Below the pieces are notes generated by a model. It was not told the DNA's origin, did not search any database, and saw only the letters and a program-made list of their open reading frames with translations. Position numbers and translations under genes: made by a program. This document shows, in pieces, positions 12,078 to 23,800 of a stretch of 64,000 nucleotides of DNA (positions are counted from its first letter, which is position 1; each line of letters begins with the position of its first letter). This DNA comes from Podarcis cretensis (lineage: Eukaryota), in NCBI GenBank assembly GCA_951804945.1, contig OX638166.1:11532001-11596000 (forward strand), given 5' to 3'.

Positions 12078-12951
12078 GTAAGTAGTGTTATATTTTGCCT
12101 CGTAACTGATTTTTATTGTTATAATCGTAAAAACACTTCTTTCGAAACACAAATAAATGTCTTAAGACAGCTAATTTAGGACTCTGCATTTGGTTTATTT
12201 ACAACACAGCATCTAGTTATTTTCCTTTAAATCAGCTAAACCATGATAATTGGCTCTTTTCTTCATTTAGATAACACAGTGTTGTATGTTTGTAACTGGC
12301 ACTTACTCTGAATGTCATTGAATAGTCTGGCATAGGTAGCCTCCATTTGTATTATATACCACCACTATATGGAGACAGGTAATCTTTTTAAAAAAAACAA
12401 CAGCACACAGGTTGCAAGGCTGTCCCAAGACATTTTGCTGCCTATAGCGAAACAGCAAATGACATCCCCTAACTCCCCCACCTCCCAAAAGAAATCGAGT
12501 CAAGGATCATGGTATGTAAGATTGCCCATATCATTTTGGCACCTGATACAAAAAATCGCACAAACACCTCTCCCAGGGAGTATAAACAAATAAACAAAGA
12601 ATGTTTTGCTGCCCCTTAAAGATCTTCTGCTTGAGGTAGACACTGCACTCTCCCTGCCATGAACATTCCCAATACATATGCCAGAATTAGGCTTGTCAAC
12701 ATCTTAGTTTTGAGTACCCTGTCCAGCCTCGGAAATCTATTTGCACAACATCTTTAAATGGTGTACTAAACTCCCTAACAGCAGTTTAATTGCATATGGG
12801 TTCATGGTCCTTGAAGAACTCGCGATAAAAAACGTCCACACAAATGAAACCCAAAGGAAGAGGAGGACACAAGGTTTGCTGTACTCTGCTGCCAAGTTTT
12901 CCTCTGCATCTCCATTGTTACGCTGGATGGAGGGGTTTCAACCTCCCCACC

Positions 12952-12955
<4 letters not shown>

Positions 12956-12995
<40 letters not shown>
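12956..12995. repeat. (TG)n microsatellite
   Basis: About 20 perfect GT units. Confidence 0.98.
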
Positions 12996-12997
<2 letters not shown>

Positions 12998-13247
12998 GTA
13001 TAGGTATAGAGAGAAAGAGAAAGAGAGAGAGCTGTCTGACTTGAACATCATGTTTATGTGCAATGGGGGCTGTTCTTGGGGGAGGGTGTTTCCAAGCCAG
13101 CAATCTTCCCTGTCAAAGGGATTGGATTTCCATTTCCAAATATTCTTAATAGCCCCATAAACACACCTGTCTTTTCAAACTTACTTTAAAAAGTGTTCCC
13201 ATAAGCTGTCAGCAATATCTGAAATGTGACATCTTCTCCCAATAAAG

Positions 13248-13348
13248 CTCTCAAAATAGAGGAGTTGCAGGAAGCTTTGCGTAAAAAAGAAGAAGAAATG
13301 AAGCAAATGGAGGAAAGATACAAGAAATACTTGGAAAAGGCTAAAAGT
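13248..13348 (+). CDS. HOOK3: HOOK3 coding exon (approx. exon 19): SLKIEELQEALRKKEEEMKQMEERYKKYLEKAKS
   Basis: Weak aataaag acceptor, AGT|gtgagt donor, 101 nt; frame consistent. Confidence 0.94.
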
Positions 13349-13527
13349 GTGAGTATCTTCTGTTCTCCACCATGTTCCTTAGAGGGCTGAGACTTGTCCT
13401 CCCTCTGTAGCCTCACAAAATTATCAATTGGAATTAACAATATGCCAATACCAAGAATAAGTTAGATTGTGTTTTAAGATTTTTTTTTTAAAAAAATTAA
13501 CTCTACCAGCTCTGTGTATCTTGTTAA

Positions 13528-13738
13528 GGATCCATAGCGCAGTTGGTAGAATGCATATTTTGCATTTGGAAGGTTCCCAGGTTCTCTAGCATCTCAGCCT
13601 AAAGGATTTGGGACGTAGGTGATGGGAGAGACATCTGTCTGTCTTGAGACCCTGCGGAGTCCCTTCCAAGGATAACAGACAATGCTAGGATAGATGGGGA
13701 AATAGTGTGACCCAGGAGAAGGCATTTTCCTGTGTTCT
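13528..13738 (+). mobile_element. Old tRNA-headed SINE
   Basis: A-box-like tagcgcagttggtaga head; body and tail resemble common squamate SINEs; degenerate. Confidence 0.55.
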
Positions 13739-13771
13739 TACTTTGTGCTGTATGGTTCTTGCCCCTTGCAG

Positions 13772-13876
13772 GTGATCCGTACTTTAGATCCCAAACAGAA
13801 CCAAGGGTCGGCACCTGAGATTCAGGCACTGAAGAATCAGCTGCAAGAACGTGACAGGATGTTCCATTCTTTAGAG
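13772..13876 (+). CDS. HOOK3: HOOK3 coding exon (approx. exon 20): VIRTLDPKQNQGSAPEIQALKNQLQERDRMFHSLE
   Basis: ccttgcag acceptor, GAG|gtaact donor, 105 nt. Confidence 0.96.
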
Positions 13877-14161
13877 GTAACTTATGCTGGGTTAGCCTAA
13901 ATTGTTTTAACTTGAGTTTGACATTGGGCAGGATTCAACCAACAAGTCCCGCCAATGGAAGCCTGTACTTGCGCAGTGGGGTCCCCCCCCCGCCACCACG
14001 CCCTTCAAAATTGACTTGTTTCGGAAGCTAAAAAGCTTCCACCAATGGAACAATTGCCATGGGGCTACATTGAATTTCCCATCTGTATTTTTACTCGGTT
14101 GTATCCTACCCTGAGACCTTATTGCCAAGGGTAGGTAAGACATCTGTAATAAATAGCAGTA

Positions 14162-14384
14162 CAGTGGAACCTCGCTTTTCGAACGTAATCCATTCCGGAA
14201 GACCGTTCCACTTCCGAAATGTTTGAAAACTGAGGATCAATGGGCGGTTGGCAAACTCTATTGAAAAAATAGATAAATACGTAGCGGAAGCCATTCAAAA
14301 ACGGAAGCAATTACTTCCAGGTTTTTGGCGTTTGGGTTCCGAATTGTTCGTCAACGGAGACGTTCGAGAACCGAGGTTCTACTG
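14162..14384. mobile_element. Tc1/mariner (Tigger/pogo-like) MITE
   Basis: TA|cagtggaacctcg...cgaggttctactg|TA: terminal inverted repeats and TA duplication. Confidence 0.9.
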
Positions 14385-14992
14385 TAGTAGTAACTTGCAG
14401 ATCAGTTCTATGTGTGTTTTCTCAGAAGCAAGTTCCACTAATTTTTCAGCTGGCTAATCCTCTGGCAAGAAAGCAAAACTGTCCCTCCCTGATGCTGATG
14501 AATGAGGGCAAGATTTGCATCGTGAGCAGCTCGCTGCCTCTTCATCACAGAGAGGAATATTGCCAGTCAGAGGGACTTCTCCTCTGCGTCAGAGGTCCCA
14601 GCTTTGCCCAGGCATGCAGAAAGCCACCACTAACAGATCTCCTTCCAGTGGTAGCAATTGGAGTGCCATAAAAAGCGGGGTGCAATGCCTGCAACTCTGG
14701 AACTGGCATAATGAACAATTACAAGAAGCTGCTCCCTCACACGCCCACCTCCACTCACAAACCTTTTGCCCTGGTTGGTGTGAGTGCCAGAGCTCCAGAT
14801 GCAGCAGGAGATCTGCCACTTCACTCTTTCCTGGCCCCAAGTTAGGATTGCTCTATCCTTGTGCATAGAATTGCTGCGCTGTTGGCAATTATATTGTGCT
14901 CCTGAATGTTCACTGTTGGATTAAGTTTTCATCCTGGGCTCCTGATTGGAAGTAGCAGCCTGAATGTAAAAACAGGCAGCCGTGCACCACGT

Positions 14993-15296
14993 AAAGGTAA
15001 AAGGTAAAGGACCCCTGGACAGTTAAGTCCAGTCAAAGGACACTATGGGGTTGCGGCGCTCATCTCGCTTTCAGGCTGAGGGAGCCAGAGTTTGTCCACA
15101 GACAGCTTTCTGGGTCATGTGGCCAGCATGACTAAACCGCTTCTGGTACAACAGGACACCGTGACGGAAACCAGAGCACATGGAAACGCTGTTTACCTTC
15201 CCGCCACAGTGGTACCTATTTTTCTACTTGCACTGGTGTGCTTTCCAACTGCTAAGTAGGCAGGAGCTGGGACAGGGCAACAGGAGCTCACCCCGT
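14993..15296 (-). mobile_element. Sauria (Squam1-type) SINE, 5'-truncated
   Basis: (ACCTTT)n-type tail, homologous to the copy at 47439; flanked by tgcaccacgt / tgcaccatgt duplication. Confidence 0.9.
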
Positions 15297-15496
15297 TGCA
15301 CCATGTGGTCACTAATTGAAAATGCTTTTTTATGATGGCTCTAATGACGTGAGGTGTCTGTGGCCTCCAGCACATGTTGCTACAACTAATGGGGAGTAAA
15401 ATTCATGCACTTGGACCTGCAATGCTGCGCTGCATAAATACCTTTAGCACGATAGCCAAATAATCAAAAGCGCTTGATAATGCTTTTCTTAATTAG

Positions 15497-15568
15497 AAAG
15501 AATACGAGAAAACGAAAACTCAAAGAGATATGGAGGAGAAATACCTTGTCAGTGCCTGGTACAATATG
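15497..15568 (+). CDS. HOOK3: HOOK3 coding exon (approx. exon 21): KEYEKTKTQRDMEEKYLVSAWYNM
   Basis: ttaattag acceptor, ATG|gtaagt donor, 72 nt; conserved Hook family motif EEKxxxSAWYNM. Confidence 0.96.
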
Positions 15569-17259
15569 GTAAGTAGTCCAAAGTGAAAATAAACACTCAG
15601 ATATGACATGTGTTTGTAATAGGTTTTCCTGAACAAGGATGTTAAGTGCAGGGGCGTCGATTGGATTACCATAGAGATTTGTAGTTTGTGGTATGTTTTT
15701 ACTCTTTGCTGCTTCAGGACCTCTGCTCCAGGCTTCAGGAGGAAGTGTGTGTGCTGTGATGCTGCAGGAAACAGGTGGGAGAGGGGTGGGAGAGCACAGC
15801 ATTGGTCCTAAGCCCCAAGCATACCTGGAAACTCCATAACGGAGGTACATGAGATAGTCTACTATGGCTAAAGTCACTTTTCACATGAAAAGCCTACCTT
15901 CTTTCAGGTTTTTTTTGAACCCATATTTGATTTTTAAAATGCCACCTAAATACTACTTTTCACTCCTCCTTCTGATTAGTAGATCAGTTGCAGGTGTAAG
16001 CTAGAGGAATTTTTAAAATTCTTTCCGTAACATGACTCATCCTTCTGTGGCTTCTGTATCCAGGCCTATTTCTTTCAGCTGTCTCATTATAATTGTCAAA
16101 CATAGTTCAAAAACCCTTCTAAATGGCTGGCTGATTTTGCCTGAAACAGCAGGGTACAAAATCTAGCTTCCTGAGAATCTCGGCTTTCATTTTTTTAAAA
16201 GAGCTTTTTTTCTATATTTCTTGGCTCTGAAGATGCACCTGAAAGTACATCAGCTATGAGCCTAATAAAATTTCAGAGGCCTCAGTAAGATTTCTGGTCA
16301 TTGTAGGGTAGGGTGTATGTGCTTTATATACTTTCATGTATGTACATATAGATGTATAAAACCACCTCCTGCTTTGCACGCAGACGGGACAGACACATGT
16401 ATAAATACACATTTGCTGCCCCATCATGTCCAGCTTAGCTGTTGGATGGGAAAAGGCAAATTTCTGTAAGATTTAAACAAGTATTCAGCAGCACACAGCA
16501 AAGCTAAGGTGGAAAGCTTTTGAAAAAATGGTGTTCACTGTGGCCCTGTGCTGCGTTACGTGCATTTTATGAGCATCTGCCTTCTCCAAAGTCCGTTTTC
16601 TCTCTACAGGCGAGGAAGTGAGGCTTGCAAGTATTCTTACCATAATCAGAAAGCGATAATGGAAATAAAGGGTGACAGGTTCCTACTGTCATAGCCTCCA
16701 TAATTCAAGAATCATGATCCATCCGTCAAGCAGTGTGAAAGGAAAGGTTTTGATAACCTTAAAGCTGGGTCTAGGGGCATGTTTTCGTCTTCCAGGAGGT
16801 ACCCATACATAGGGGTTGGTCAGCAAGCGTCAGCTCATCTGTGGAAGCTTTGCACCTGTACACAGGAAGCAACCTCGTCACAGCCATGCTACTATAGTTG
16901 CCATACCTCTGAAGTTTAGTTGTTCACCACTGCCACTGGAGAATTGATAGAGGTCATGCATGCTGGTGCAGTGTGGCTAAGATTGTCACCTGGGAAGTTG
17001 CCAAGTTCATCTCATGCCTGCCATGAATTTATTAGATGGCCTTAAGCAAACTACTCTCTCTTAGCTTTAGCCAGAACTCTCAAAACGTGCAATGGAAATG
17101 CTAAATTTGATGATGAACATTTGGGTTTTACTATGGACTCTTGGCTCCCTGCCCCAAATCTGGGTGGCCCTGTTTGGGAAAGGGACGGTCTAGCGCAGCC
17201 AACACACCGTAGTAGAGCAAACTTAATGCATGTTTTAGTTATTACCTCTTTCATAATAC

Positions 17260-17645
17260 AGGAACCCAGGGTTATCGATGAAGCTGATCCATGGCAGAAC
17301 CAGGACAGACCAAGGAATTACTGCTTTGCACAGCACATGGTTCAGTTATGGAATTTGCTACCACAATTTATAGTGATGGCCACCAATGTGGACACCTTTA
17401 AAAGGAAATTTGACACATTCATGATGGATAAAGCTATCAATAACTACCAGTCATGTTAGTTGCATTAGTTCTAGTATCAGAAGCACTGTCTCCCTGAGTA
17501 CTGGTTGATGAGGAGCATGAATGGGAGTTTGCTGTTGCATTCATGTCCTCATAGTGGGCTTCCCATGGGTATCTGGCTGGTTACTGTGAGAGCAGAATGC
17601 TGAACAGGAGGGGCCTTTGATGTTATCCAGCAAGGCTGCTCTTAT
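17260..17645 (+). mobile_element. CR1 LINE 3' fragment
   Basis: Encodes ...YCFAQHMVQLWNLLPQFIVMATNVDTFKRKFDTFM, a CR1 ORF2 C-terminus, followed by a CR1-like 3' UTR. Confidence 0.8.
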
Positions 17646-17668
17646 ATACCTGCCTTTTCTCTTCCTAG

Positions 17669-17809
17669 GGTATGGCTCTTCATAAAAAAGCAGCAGAAGA
17701 CAGACTTGCTACCACAGGCTCAGGACAGTCCTTCCTGGCTAGACAAAGGCAAGCCACCAGCACAAGAAGAGCCTATCCTGGCCATGTCCAGCCAGCGACA
17801 GCAAGGTAG
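17669..17809 (+). CDS. HOOK3: HOOK3 terminal coding exon: GMALHKKAAEDRLATTGSGQSFLARQRQATSTRRAYPGHVQPATAR*
   Basis: cttcctag acceptor; SFLARQRQAT Hook C-terminal motif; TAG stop at 17807-17809. Confidence 0.97.
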   Translation, partial: GMALHKKAAEDRLATTGSGQSFLARQRQATSTRRAYPGHVQPATAR

Positions 17810-20800
17810 AAGAAGGCCCTGCCTTTTGAATGGAAGCCATCCTGGGATCAAGGCCTACTTCTGTTACGAGTGACAGCATTTCAGGAAACTTTAGCCAGCA
17901 TCCTTTCTGTATCTTTGTTCCTTGCGGTTGCTGTTAACTTCTCATTTCAGGAAGGTAGTTGTTTTTTTTTTTCTTTTTTAAGAAAACACTTTCTCAGTGT
18001 TTTTAGTCTTACTTTCTGGAGCCTTCCCTTTGTCTTTTGATGTGCCAAAATGTTGGAAAACACCTAGTGGAATGTAATAACGGAATCTCCCCCTCTCTTC
18101 CCCTTGTTTATATGGAATTGTCCTGTCTCACCTGAAAGCTGATGATGGCTAAGTAGCAAACCGGAAATGTCCCGTTGGCAAATGATGTTGCCATCCTTTC
18201 CAAGGCTACCATTGTATAAAGGGAATTACCTTTTCTTTCTCAATCCAGTCTGATCTGTTTAAATTATGTGATGGAATTTGCAATGGTGTTGCATAGAATT
18301 GTTATGAAATGTGTTAGCAGCAATAGTCAGATGCTGGCAGAAGCTGTAACCTGGCTGCAAGTACCTGATCACGTGTGTTCATGTCCTTCTATTTATCCTT
18401 CTCTTGGCTTTAATTTGGAGAGGCAAGCTGATTTTTGTCCTTATTTGCCCATGTTCTTTTTTTCCTTTTTAGCATCACTAAGGTTTAAAATGATTTGATG
18501 TTCCTGTTCCATTCTTGGTTAGTTCAATCACAGTGGAATATGGCAACCATTCATTGCATGGCCAATTGCTTTAAAGCTTCCCCCTCTGTACTCTAACCAA
18601 GTGGAGCACCCATCCTTTTCATTGTCATGTTATTGCAGTTCTCCACCTGCTTGGAAATCCTAGGAGATGGGACCATAGTAGTATTCTACTTACTGTGTGC
18701 CTTGATCCTACAGATGCCTAGTATTCTACATGGTTAAACCATCATGGAGAAATTTTATGAAGCAGTGAACTGTGTAGAACAGTGCCCTCCTGGTCCCCCA
18801 GATATCATTTGACTCAAACTCCTCTGAGTCCCAGGCAACATGATCAGGCATGATGGGAGTTGTAGTTCAAAAAGTTCCCCATCCCTGGTGTATCAGGGTT
18901 GATTTTGATTGGATGTCTTTGGTGGATGCTGTCTTCAAATTGCCATCTACCACTGAGGACAATTTTTAATAGGTCAATAAGGAGGGAGAGTCTATTCATT
19001 GCCTTACAGATGGTACCATTGCCTTCAGGCTTGGTGATTCTGACATGAAAACTCACTGTCCTTTAGTGCCAAATCTTCATACACACATGCCTGTACTGTT
19101 AATGGGTCTTTGTCATGAAGGAAGGCTAGCAATTCCCCTTCAGATTCTGATCCTTCCAAGTACTGCGTTCTAGATGTTGAGCCACTTGCACCCTTTTCAA
19201 ATTAATGTGTGAGAAGTTTGAGGTTGCTCAAGACGAGTAGTTCCATATGGATCCGCCATGGAAGTAGTTTAGAGGTTTTGTTGGAAAACTTCACCTTAAA
19301 ATAAAAATTCAGTGTGTCTAACGTTCAGCAGAGAACAGCTTTTGTTGTGTATCCTTCCAAATGTAGATCATAGTGACCTTTTCCTTTTCAGGAGGGGAAA
19401 GGAATCAGAGATGGCTTTAACTTGGAAGTCCACCTGGTTTTTATGGTCACATTTTCAGTATAAAATGTTTTTCTTCTCATCCTCATTTTGTGCGAGAATG
19501 CACAGCACAACTTAATTTTAAGAAAGGAATTTTGCCTTTATTCAGCACCACCCTAGTACATAAAAGGAGTTCTTAAAGTTCAGTAATGTGTAGAATAGTA
19601 ATTAAAAGGCAAGGTGTGGTTGTTAGCCCTTTGTAGTATGGTTTCAATGTTAGATGAAGTAAGTCAGGTATTTCCCTCAGTAGGCATAAAAGTAAATAAA
19701 AAAATCCTTCACGGGATCATTCACTTGGTAATCTGCCTTTTTTCTGCAATGGTGAATTTGAAGCTGGAGACAAAATATGGGAGGTATCTATGCATAGTTT
19801 TCAATTGCACTTACAAGCAAACGTGTTAGATTGGCATCCTGTCTTTTTTTGCTGGTGGCAAGTAGTGTACTGGAAGCAAAAGAGCAGTGATTAGTATTGA
19901 GTTAACCAGTTTTAGAGTAATGCATATTATTACACTTGCTATTCCGGGTCAGATAACATCTCCAAGAGTCTTAATTTTGCCAGCTGAATGCTTCTGTAGG
20001 CAAAAACTTCTTATTCTGTTGGGAGTGGCAGGAGAGTGTTTTTTTATTTTCCACAGGCTGTTGTGCATCTTATAGAACTATTCCTGTTTGTTCTGTGCCT
20101 GAAAGAAACTTGAAGACAACTTTAATTTTACAATTGAACCCGCATCTTTTTCTTTTTCTGCTTTTGATTTCCGTTCTTGCTTTCCTTTCTCTCTTAGCTG
20201 GCGCTGGGGTTTTGCCTGTCTTCCACAGCATATTTTTGTTTCGTTTTTCATCTAGCATGAAAGCAAAAGCAACTTCTTTCTCCACTTTGGCTGCCATATT
20301 TTTTGTTTGCATTGAAGTGGGAGGCAGGCTTATTATCAGTATTCTGAAATGTCAAGAACCCTTCATTAAAAACACAATTAAATTTTACTTTGATGCATTG
20401 AGAACCGAATATACATTCTTGTTGATCATTAAAAACCAAGGAAAGCAACAGTCAAGGATGAAATTCCCAGAACGACAGTTGCACTTAATTCCTTTTGAAA
20501 TGAATAAAGACAGTTGTGGTTATATTAAGTGTCTCTAATTTCTAGAGGACTTAAGTGCAACTGACTTTCTATATATCAAGGTCATTGTGTCTTGCTGCTG
20601 TATGCAGATTTTGTGGCAAAGACAGAAATAAAAGGCTTGTTTCTAAAATATTTATATTGGGTGGAATGGAAACAATTCATAAACCAAGCAAGTCTGTTAA
20701 TTTTTTATAAACATGTTCACTGAATTTTCCTCGGATAGAGCAGCAGTAATGTTGGCTTGTACTTCCTTATTCGAGATGTGTTCTAACGATGGATAAAATT

Positions 20801-23800
20801 TGGGCTAGGCAAATGGAATGGAGTTCATATTTTTCTAAAAGAAACATTTAGCAGCAAATTGTGTGGGCATTACCAGGCTTGTATTTAAATGTATCCCTCC
20901 AACTAAGTTGTCTTCAGGCAGTGAAGGCTAGGGAGGCGGAGGGGGCTGCTGTAAGATGAGTTGCCTTGATGCAACAAAAAACACACCCTACAGTTGTGTG
21001 GGTTGTAGCTTTTGCTTGTATGATTTTTAACTTAAAAATTAGGCAATGTTCCCTCTTGTATTCCAAAAATTTCCTTTTCATGTTTGTATTTTTCTCCAAA
21101 TTTAGGACATTGGTAGATTTTTATCTGTCTCTTGCGTTCTTCCTGTCGAATTAGGTCTTTCATCGGTTACAATATTCGGTTGCAGTTGAATACTGGAAAG
21201 TGAAGGGACGCTCTGAAAGGTGTATCAGATTATTTTTATGGCTTGCAAACAGATCAGATATGTGGCATTTCTGACAGTGTCGCCTAGTAAGTCATAACTG
21301 GGAGGGTTAAAGAGAGGAAAACCTTCAGTCTCCTAGCCATTAAAATAGATGATACTGGAGGAACATAATTCTCTTTGGGTTAGCTGTGTGCACACCCCCC
21401 ACCCACAGGGTAATGTCTGACAAAGTTCTTTGTGTGAATCACTGCATGCAAGCAGGATCAGGAGCTGCACCTCCACCTTGCAAAGAGACAGGTAAATGTG
21501 GAACTCATCCCTGGGACACCTTTTTTTAAGAAAAAAGAAAGGGACATTATTCCTGAATGGGAGTGCTCTTTTTCAGACTGATACACATTTGAACCTGCCT
21601 TTATCCTGTAATGAACTTCAGGTTACAGGTCACTTAACACAATAGCCCCAGTCCACTTCCACATACAGGGGAAGTCTGAAGATGTGTTTGTGGCTTGAAG
21701 ACAGACTAGAACTATCCTCCCATACTAGTTCTGTGTTGGATACTGGAAGTCTGGGTTGGAGAATGGTTCAGGCTGAACCAATTAAAAAAAAAGCATCATC
21801 TGAAATGGACACTCATCTACGAAAGCTTATGCCATAATATATCCCTTAGTATTTTATCTTAGTATATCTTAGTAATTAAGGTGCTACAAGACACTTAGTT
21901 GTGTTTACTGCCAGCAGACTGACACTGGTTGCTCTTTTCAAAACACTGTCAGTTTGGGTTGAATTTTTTATAAAACTACGTGGATAGAACCCCAGCCAGA
22001 GTTAGGAGAAAAGATGTCGACCTCCATGTCAGAGAAGCCTTGACGTTTCTGCATTGGAAGCAATTCTGAGTTTTTAAGATGTACAAAATATCTTTTAGTA
22101 TATTAAAAACCAACTTCTACATGCTCTCAACAATGGTGTTTTTTTTGTGGGGGGAGCATATGGTCAGGATCTCCTCCAGTCAACCAGTCAGGAAAGTTTT
22201 AAATTGCAAGAGCAATTTATTTTCTTTTTCTTTCAGCACATTGACATCCTATCTAATATAGGGGTACATAGGTAGTCAGCTGGTAAAATCTTATGTGGAT
22301 TTATTAGCAAATGAGCTTTCAATGCTTAATACTGTAGCTTATGTTTTATGAACCATTTCCTTGTCACAGCAATGTTGCAGTGTGTAAGTCCATAAACTAT
22401 ACATATTTGCTAAACTTCTTAAAATGTCTCTAAACAGGGTAGTCATCATTTTTTATGTCTTTTAAAAAAATACATTTTGACAGCAATTAAATATTTGCTG
22501 GTTCTACGCCTCCCTTTTTATTTTGGATATATGCGATGATATGTGGCTGCTTAACCTGCTGCACTGTTTATCAAACAAGGGCTCTTTGGTCTATGCCATC
22601 TCTCTTTTTATCTCCTGTTCAGTCAACATAAGCAAAACCTCTCATTTTAAAGGTCTTGGCACCTTTTTCTCCAAAGCAAAAAGTTGCTTGCAAAGATGCT
22701 TATCGCCGTGTGTGTATACGATTTTACCACTTTCCCATCCAACATTATAAAGCCCCCAATTCTTCTCAGCCACCAAGAGAGTGAAACTTGATGCAGTATT
22801 CATAAGTTCTAAAAATGAGTGTTGGGTAGGTTGTTTTGCTCCTCTAGCACTTAGTATTCTAACATCCATTGCCGCTGCTACTTAATTCTTCCTGTTAACA
22901 GTATTAACATGCAAGTCTCTTGCAACTTCTTCCATTTACTAAGCTACCATTTAATCTTAAATGTATTTTATAAATGCACCTTTGTTTACTGCTATTATTT
23001 TAAAAGTGCACTAAAGGAGCCATGTTGTTCAATACTATATACATACATATAGATATTATATATATATATATATACTTTTTTTTTTAATACCAGCAAAGTC
23101 CAGAAAGACGTTTCCTTGGAGAAAGCAGATAGGAAGTGATGCCTGACCTCTTCCAGGTTTTTTATTTGAAACTCCGAGGCTTGACATATATGCAATATTT
23201 TATTTATTGATGTTGCATCCTGTCTTAATGTGTATATATCCTTTCTTGCTCCCCCCCCCCTCGCCCACTGCGGACTTGTACATTTCCTTTTAAAGGCTTC
23301 TTTTCCCATCTGTGCAGATGTGTACAAGCAGCTCCAGAAAGGAACATCAGTGGAGATCACAAATATCAAAGAAGCATACTCTTCCTTGGTTTCAGTATTA
23401 TATGTGACATGGTCTTTCTGGATTACATTTAGGGTTGTCTGTATTTATCTTATGTTCTCTCTTCCTCATACCCGCGTTAACTTCCTTTCAGATTGCACTA
23501 ATGTCTTTCTTTACGTTATGAATTATTGCTATCATCCATGCGATACATGTACATGTTGACAGTGTAACTTGGAATGCTTTGTGCTGCCTTTAAACTATTT
23601 TTAAAGCTGCTTTTTTTAAAAAAGAAAAAGGTTATACTCTTTTAAGCACACGCTTGTGCTGCTCTAGATTCTGTTTTGTATTGAAGCAGACCTAGGAAAT
23701 ACGGCAGTGTGATAGAAAGCCCGAGGAAAGGTTGCTTTGTGGCTGCATTAGTATCTTACTGTTACGTTAGCCGTCCTGCGGGATGGTGAATGATCCTTCC

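Noticed and set aside
20095-20538. 147-aa hydrophobic ORF on +
   Set aside because: Non-ATG start, lies in the T-rich probable HOOK3 3' UTR, no splice or homology support; hydrophobicity follows from T-richness.
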